Positions 26,480 through 32,000 of a DNA stretch of 32,000 nt are shown piece after piece. The notes beneath the pieces are model-generated. The model was not told the DNA's origin and ran no database searches. It saw nothing but the letters and a program-made list of their open reading frames with translations. This DNA is from an archaeon (GTDB lineage: Archaea > Iainarchaeota > Iainarchaeia > Iainarchaeales > JANQMZ01), in the NCBI GenBank assembly GCA_028279805.1, contig JANQMZ010000007.1, positions 30,001-62,000 on the forward strand, given 5' to 3'. Numbering within the stretch: the first letter of the stretch is position 1; each line of letters begins with the position of its first letter. A program made the position numbers and the translations under genes.

Positions 26480-27982
26480 ATGGTTGTAAAAGATTTTAAG
26501 GTAATGACTTTAAACCCGCCTTTTCATCCGAAATTTTCAAGGTCTTCAAGGAGTCCTGCTGTTTCAAAAGGTGGCTGTGTATATTACCCCATTTGGATTG
26601 GTTATACTACAGGAGTTTTGGAACAAAACAATGTTCCTGTTAAATTGTTTGATGCTCCGGCTGAATCACGTGGCCTGGAAGAATCTTTGCACATTATTAA
26701 GGATTACAATCCTGATTTGATTGTAATGGATTCAACAACTGCAAGTATTGCAAACGATTTGCATGTTGCAAATGAAATTAAAAAAATTCTTCCCGATGCT
26801 TTTATTGTTTTTGTAGGAACTCATCCGACCGCGGTTCCTTTTGAAGTGTTAAAATCTTCAAAAAATGTTGATGCTGTTGCTTTAAGCGAACATGAACACA
26901 CTATCCGCGATTTATCTTTTGCTTTGCGTGACGGAAAACCTGTTGCAGATGTTGCCGGATTGGTTTACAGAACAACAAATTCAAAAGGAGAAGAAGAATT
27001 TGAAATAAGTCCTAAAAGAGAACCAGCTTCAGGTGAAGAACTTGATAAAATGCCTTTTGTTTCAGAAGTTTATTCAAGACATTTGAATATTAAAAATTAT
27101 TTTTACCCGTCAGTTTTGTATCCTGAGGTTACAATTATTACCGGTCGTGGTTGTCCTTTCAGATGCACTTTTTGTGTTTATCCTCAGACAATGGGCGGAC
27201 ATGAATACCGTGTAAGAAGCCCTGAAAATGTTGTTGACGAATTTGAATGGATTTTTGAAAACCTGGATGTTAAGGATATTATGATTGAAGATGACACGTT
27301 TACAGCTAACAGGGAACGCATTAACAAAATTTGTGATTTGATTGTTGAAAGAGGTTTGCAGGATAAAGTTACGTGGACCTGCAATGCCCGTGCTGATGTT
27401 GATCTGGATACTTTGAAAAACATGAAAAGGGCGGGATGCAGATTGCTTTGTGTTGGTTTTGAATCCGGGGAACAGGAAATTTTAAACAATGTTAAAAAAG
27501 GCACCCAATTGCAGATTATAAGGCAGTTTATGAAAGACACTAAAAAGGCAGATGTTTTGGTGCACGGCTGTTTTATGCTTGGAAACAAGGGTGAAACAAA
27601 GCAGACAATCAGAACAACAATTGAGTTTGCAAAAGAATTAGAACCGGATACGGCTCAATTTTTTCCCATAATGGTTTATCCGGGCACTGAAGCTTATGAT
27701 TATTTTAAAAAAGAGGGGCTGATTAAAGCAGAAAGTTATGGTGACTGGCTTGACAAAGAGGGCAACCATAATACAATTATTTCAAGACCCGGCCTGACTG
27801 ATAAAGAGCTTGTTGAATTGTGTGACCGGGGCAGATGGGAGTTTTATATGCGTCCAAAATATGTTCTGAGAAAAATCTGGCAGGGCATTACGCATCCCAA
27901 AGAGTTTCCGCGTTTGTTAAAATCAAGCAAAAGTTTTTTCAAATATTTGTTGCTTGGCTCTGAAAGTGTCAGAACTAATTAA
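26480..27982 (+). CDS. B12-binding-domain radical SAM protein
   Basis: N-terminal Rossmann-like B12-binding region (NPDLIVMDSTTASIANDLHVANEIKKILPDAFIVFVGTHPTAVP), CxxxCxxC motif GCPFRCTFCVYP, GFESGEQEILNNVKKGTQ. Confidence 0.92.
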   Translation: MVVKDFKVMTLNPPFHPKFSRSSRSPAVSKGGCVYYPIWIGYTTGVLEQNNVPVKLFDAPAESRGLEESLHIIKDYNPDLIVMDSTTASIANDLHVANEIKKILPDAFIVFVGTHPTAVPFEVLKSSKNVDAVALSEHEHTIRDLSFALRDGKPVADVAGLVYRTTNSKGEEEFEISPKREPASGEELDKMPFVSEVYSRHLNIKNYFYPSVLYPEVTIITGRGCPFRCTFCVYPQTMGGHEYRVRSPENVVDEFEWIFENLDVKDIMIEDDTFTANRERINKICDLIVERGLQDKVTWTCNARADVDLDTLKNMKRAGCRLLCVGFESGEQEILNNVKKGTQLQIIRQFMKDTKKADVLVHGCFMLGNKGETKQTIRTTIEFAKELEPDTAQFFPIMVYPGTEAYDYFKKEGLIKAESYGDWLDKEGNHNTIISRPGLTDKELVELCDRGRWEFYMRPKYVLRKIWQGITHPKEFPRLLKSSKSFFKYLLLGSESVRTN

Positions 27983-28018
27983 TTTTTTTTTAATTTTTTT
28001 TATTTTAAGGTGTGATTT

Positions 28019-28987
28019 GTGGATGCAAGCATAATTGTCCCTGTTTTTAATGCTGAAAAAACAATTGCATCCTGTTTGACTTCTTTGCAGAATCAAAATT
28101 TTTCAGGAAAATTTGAAATAATTGTTGTGGATGACGGTTCAACTGATAATTCTTTAAATGTTGTTAAAAATTTTAAAAAAATAAAAATTTTAAAGCAAAA
28201 AAATTCAGGTCCGGCTGTTGCCAGAAATTTTGGAGCTCAAAAAGCTTCCGGAAAAATTATTGTTTTTGTTGATTCTGATTGTGTTGCTTCAGAATACTGG
28301 TTAAAAGAAATGTTAAAACCTTTTCAAAATCCAAATGTTGCAGGTGTGCAAGGTGCTTACAAAACAAAACAAAAAGAATTTATGGCAAGATTTATTCAGA
28401 TTGAAATTGAATCACGTTATGAAAGGCTTAAAAGAATAAAATCAACTGACTGGATTGGTTCTTACTCAGCTGCTTATCGTAAAAAAATTTTTTTAAAAGA
28501 GCATGGCTTCAGCTCGGATTTTAAACAGGCTTCCGGTGAGGATCCCGAATTGTCTTACAAATTAAACAAAAAAGGACACCAACTTGTATTCAATTCAGAT
28601 GCAATTGTTTTTCATCAGCATCCTGTTTCATTTTTTCATTATTTGAAGAAAAAATTTACACATGCTTACTGGCGCATTTTGTTATACAAAAAGCATTCTG
28701 ATAAAATGGTTCGTGATTCTTACACACCTCAAACTCTTAAAATACAGCTTTTTGCCATTTTAGCCTTTATTTTGTTCACTTTTTTGTCATTTTTTGCCCC
28801 TATTGCATCTTTTTTTGGCTATTTGGCGTTAATTTTGCTTGTTTTAAGCATGCTTCCCTTTGTTTTTTTTGCTATTTCAAAAGATTTTGCGGTCGGATTT
28901 TTATCACCCCTGCTGATTCTGGCGAGAAATTTTGTTTTTTTAACCGGGCTTTTAACAGGTTTTATTTCTTCTCAAAGGCGGTTTTAA
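28019..28987 (+). CDS. GT2-family glycosyltransferase with C-terminal TM segments (GTG start)
   Basis: ASIIVPVFNAEKTIASCLTSLQNQNFSGKFEIIVVDDGSTDNS; FVDSDCVA; C-terminal hydrophobic helices; upstream aaggtg. Confidence 0.88.
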   Translation: MDASIIVPVFNAEKTIASCLTSLQNQNFSGKFEIIVVDDGSTDNSLNVVKNFKKIKILKQKNSGPAVARNFGAQKASGKIIVFVDSDCVASEYWLKEMLKPFQNPNVAGVQGAYKTKQKEFMARFIQIEIESRYERLKRIKSTDWIGSYSAAYRKKIFLKEHGFSSDFKQASGEDPELSYKLNKKGHQLVFNSDAIVFHQHPVSFFHYLKKKFTHAYWRILLYKKHSDKMVRDSYTPQTLKIQLFAILAFILFTFLSFFAPIASFFGYLALILLVLSMLPFVFFAISKDFAVGFLSPLLILARNFVFLTGLLTGFISSQRRF

Positions 28988-28988
28988 T

Positions 28989-30104
28989 ATGAAAGTTTTG
29001 CATGTTTCAAACGGTTTTTGGCCGTGTGTAGGCGGCATTGAAAGAGTTTCACTTGATTCATGTATTGCTCTTAAAAAAATTGGAGTGAACACAAGCGCTT
29101 TGGCTTTTAACGGCTGCCATGACTCCAAAAAAATTTTCCCTTCAACCGAAAAAATTCACGGAATTGAAATTGAAAGAGTTCCGGTTATACGGTTTCCCTA
29201 CTATCCTTTTTCGGTTTTTTCTCCGAACAGGTTTAAAAAATTTGATGTTATTCATGTTCACGGAATAGGTTTTTTTTCAGATTTTTTTATTTTCACAAAA
29301 TTTTTGCACAAAAAACCTGTTGTTGTAAACACTCATGGCGGATTTTTTCATACTAAAAATATTTCTTTTCTTAAAAAAATTTATTTTAACTTTTTTCAGA
29401 AATTTTTGTTAAAAAAAGCTGATTTAATTTTGGCTGACAGTGATAATGATTTTAATATTTTTTCAAAAATTGTTCCAAAAAATAAAATTAAGCTTTTTTT
29501 TAACGGAGTAAATGTTGAAAAATTTTTAAAACTTGGAAAGAAAAAAGCAAAAAGCCAGTTTGTTTTTGTCGGGCGTTTAAGCAAAAATAAAAGAATTGAT
29601 TTGCTGTTAGATTCAATGCATCAGTTGTCACAATTTGAAAAAAATTTTAAACTTTTTATTGTTGGAAAAGATTTTGATTTTATTTTACCGGAACTTAAAC
29701 AAAAAGTAAAACAATTAAAACTTGAAAAAAATGTTAACTTTTTGGAACGTGTTTCAGACGAAAAACTTTTAAAACTTTTTTCAGATTCACAGTTTTTTAT
29801 TTCTTCCTCAGAATATGAGGGTTTTGGCGTTGCAGTTATTGAGGCAATGGCTGCGTCATGTGTTCCTGTTTTAAGCCCTATTCAAAATTTTAAGGTTTTT
29901 GTTCAGAACAATAAAAACGGTTTTATTGTAAATTTTTTTAATCCTATTGAAACCGGAAAATTTTTGGCAAAATTGCTGAAAAGAAAAAATTTTGAAAAAG
30001 TTTCAAAAAGTGCCAAATCTTCTGTTTTAAAATTTTCAATAAACTCTTATGCCCGGAATCTTTCAAAAATTTACAATAATTTGGTACAATTCTCAGATAA
30101 ATAG
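28989..30104 (+). CDS. GT4-family glycosyltransferase
   Basis: MKVLHVSNGFWPCVGGIERVSLDSCIALKK; FVGRLSKNKRIDLLLDS; YEGFGVAVIEAMAASCVPVLS. Confidence 0.9.
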   Translation: MKVLHVSNGFWPCVGGIERVSLDSCIALKKIGVNTSALAFNGCHDSKKIFPSTEKIHGIEIERVPVIRFPYYPFSVFSPNRFKKFDVIHVHGIGFFSDFFIFTKFLHKKPVVVNTHGGFFHTKNISFLKKIYFNFFQKFLLKKADLILADSDNDFNIFSKIVPKNKIKLFFNGVNVEKFLKLGKKKAKSQFVFVGRLSKNKRIDLLLDSMHQLSQFEKNFKLFIVGKDFDFILPELKQKVKQLKLEKNVNFLERVSDEKLLKLFSDSQFFISSSEYEGFGVAVIEAMAASCVPVLSPIQNFKVFVQNNKNGFIVNFFNPIETGKFLAKLLKRKNFEKVSKSAKSSVLKFSINSYARNLSKIYNNLVQFSDK

Positions 30105-30158
30105 CTTTAAATTGCTTTAATAGCATAATTCTTTAACATTTGTTATATGCGTGATTTT

Positions 30159-31124
30159 ATGTCTAAAAATATTCTTATAACAGGAATAAACGGTTTTGTC
30201 GGTTCTCATTTGGCTGAATATGTTTTGAATAATAAGCTTGGAAATGTTATAGGCTTAAACAGGGATTTTAACACTTCTATTGAAAATATTGCCCAGATTA
30301 AAAATAAGATTGAATTGGTTGAATGTGATATTACTGATTCTCATCGTGTTGAATCTGTTGTTAAGGAAACAAAACCTGAACTTGTTTTTCATCTGGCTGC
30401 GCAGTCTTTTGTTCCGGCTTCATGGAACTCTCCTGTTGAAACAATGAATACAAATGTTTTAGGCTCTGTTAATCTTTTTGAAGCTGTAAGAAAATTTTCA
30501 CCTGAATCTGTTTTGCAGATTGCATGCAGCAGTGAAGAATACGGTTTTGTTAAGGAAACTGAATTACCCATAACTGAAGAACAACCTTTAAGGCCTTTAA
30601 GCCCTTATGGTGTCAGCAAAGTTTCAATGGATTTGCTTGGCTATCAGTATTTCAAAAGTTATGGTTTAAAGGTTGTGAGAACAAGAGCGTTTAATCACAC
30701 AGGCCCGAGGCGTGGTGAAGTTTTTGTTGTAAGTGACTGGTCTAAACAAATTGCTGAAATTGAAGCTGGTAAAAGAAAACCTTTAATAAAAGTGGGAAAC
30801 CTGGAAACAAAAAGAGATTTTTTGGATGTTAGGGATGTTGTTGAAGCTTATTACCTTGCAACACAAAAATGTGATGCCGGGGAAGCTTACAATATTTGTT
30901 CCGGTACAGCGTATCCTATGAAAGAATTGCTTAACATGCTTTTGGATTTATCTTCAGCTGACATTAAAACTGAAAAAGACCCTGCAAAAATGAGGCCATC
31001 CGATGTTCAGGTTTTGGTTGGAGATTCAGCAAAGTTCAGGGAAAAAACAGGCTGGAAACCAAAAATTGATTTCAAGCAAACTTTGAAAGACACTCTTGAA
31101 TACTGGCGTAACAGAGTCAAATAA
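30159..31124 (+). CDS. GDP-mannose 4,6-dehydratase/GDP-6-deoxymannose reductase-like SDR
   Basis: ILITGINGFVGSHLAEYVL, CSSEEYGFV, PLSPYGVSKVSMDLLGYQYFKSYGLKVVRTRAFNHTGPRRG. Confidence 0.85.
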   Translation: MSKNILITGINGFVGSHLAEYVLNNKLGNVIGLNRDFNTSIENIAQIKNKIELVECDITDSHRVESVVKETKPELVFHLAAQSFVPASWNSPVETMNTNVLGSVNLFEAVRKFSPESVLQIACSSEEYGFVKETELPITEEQPLRPLSPYGVSKVSMDLLGYQYFKSYGLKVVRTRAFNHTGPRRGEVFVVSDWSKQIAEIEAGKRKPLIKVGNLETKRDFLDVRDVVEAYYLATQKCDAGEAYNICSGTAYPMKELLNMLLDLSSADIKTEKDPAKMRPSDVQVLVGDSAKFREKTGWKPKIDFKQTLKDTLEYWRNRVK

Positions 31125-31147
31125 GTTTTTGAAAAGTTGTTTTTGAA

Positions 31148-32000
31148 ATGAAAATTTTTTATTCTGCGTTGGATTTGTCAATTCCCGGCACTCATGGCGG
31201 TTCTTCTCATGCACTGGAAACAATTAACTCTCTTAAAAAACTTGGCCATGAAGTAATTGTTTTTTGCTCTAATTCAGGAAAACAGCCTTTTTTTGAGCAA
31301 AAAGAAAAAATCACTTTTTACCGTTTTCCTGTTCCCAATTCCGGTTTTTTTAAAATTTTTTTCATGGTTTTTTTGTCAACTGTTTTTGTCAAATATTGCT
31401 TGTTTTTTAAAAAAATTGATGTTATCTGGGAGCGTGCCAGAATTTTTGGAGGCATTGGAGTTTTTTTTGGAAATCTTTTCGGAAAAAAAACCATTTTGGA
31501 ATTAAATGAACCTGTAATTGCAGGTGCGCGAATCTCAAAAAAATTTAAACCAAATTCTTTTTTGTTTAAATCGTTAAAAAACTGGTTTCATTTTACCGCC
31601 AAAAAGGCTAACATTATCACAGTAACCCATTTGTCTCTGGCTAAAAATCTTTCGAAAGAAAAAGTTAAGCTAATAGGTTATGGTGCAAACCCTGAAACTT
31701 TTTCACCGGCTTTAAGATATTCAAATATCAGAAAAAAACTTAATTTGCATAAAGGGCAGACTGTTTTGTATTCAGGTTCTTTCAGGGAATGGCATGCTCT
31801 TAAAAAAATTGTTTTGTCTGCTGAAAAAATTGTTAAAGTTTTTCCGAAAGCAAAATTTTTGTTAATTGGTTCTGGTCCTGAATTTTTAAAAACAAGGCAA
31901 CTGGTTTTTGACAAAAATCTTCAGAACAATGTGTTATTTTTGGGCAAAATTCCGTATAAAAAAATGCCGCAATTTGTTAATGCATCCGATATTTGCCTTG
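31148..32000 (+). CDS. GT4-family glycosyltransferase, 3'-truncated by the window edge
   Basis: Continuous frame from ATG 31148: MKIFFYSALDLSIPGTHGGSSHALETINSLKKLGHEVIVFC...VLYSGSFREWHALKKIVLSAEKI...LIGSGPEFLKTRQL. Missing from the ORF track because it runs off the edge. Confidence 0.85.
   Translation, partial: MKIFYSALDLSIPGTHGGSSHALETINSLKKLGHEVIVFCSNSGKQPFFEQKEKITFYRFPVPNSGFFKIFFMVFLSTVFVKYCLFFKKIDVIWERARIFGGIGVFFGNLFGKKTILELNEPVIAGARISKKFKPNSFLFKSLKNWFHFTAKKANIITVTHLSLAKNLSKEKVKLIGYGANPETFSPALRYSNIRKKLNLHKGQTVLYSGSFREWHALKKIVLSAEKIVKVFPKAKFLLIGSGPEFLKTRQLVFDKNLQNNVLFLGKIPYKKMPQFVNASDICL

Noticed and set aside
18213-32000. Possible defence island or mobile element in the accessory-looking right half
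   Set aside because: No transposase, integrase, nuclease, toxin or CRISPR-like repeats are seen; every identifiable gene is glycan-related apart from generic SAM enzymes.

Overview
This is a low-GC archaeal chromosomal window. Gene content and proteins suggest a DPANN/Diapherotrites-like lineage, but that placement is inference only. From left to right it holds:
- the 5' end of prolyl-tRNA synthetase (minus strand, running off the left edge), directly preceded by tRNA-Pro(UGG);
- an ATP-dependent DNA ligase and two small membrane/secreted proteins;
- dph6 and gatD;
- a pyrimidine cluster (pyrB-pyrC-pyrE-pyrF);
- an M20 peptidase and AMP phosphorylase;
- a large secreted DUF2341/LamG protein whose C-terminal half looks like a viral tail fibre;
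- the conserved archaeal cluster rpl21e-rpoF-DUF655-rsmA;
- TBP, a small unknown protein, and an unlinked 5S rRNA;
- a glycosylation/surface-glycan locus of about 14 kb (AglB/STT3, GPT-type phosphoglycosyltransferase, Alg14/Alg13-like pair, several GT2/GT4 enzymes, two SDR epimerase/dehydratases, a methyltransferase, a B12-binding radical SAM protein and a truncated GT4 at the right edge).

I see no mobile element, CRISPR array or defence island. The best leads are:
- an RsmA/KsgA whose two hallmark active-site motifs are altered (GDAL to GSFL, NLPY to LPPY);
- the chimeric secreted protein with virus-like stalk modules;
- a structured spacer with a 16-bp perfect palindrome between tRNA-Pro and proS;
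- a 12-bp inverted repeat just downstream of the 5S rRNA that is complementary to its 3' terminal stem strand;
- a terminator-like hairpin in a sugar-epimerase leader;
- the glycan locus with its embedded radical SAM gene.
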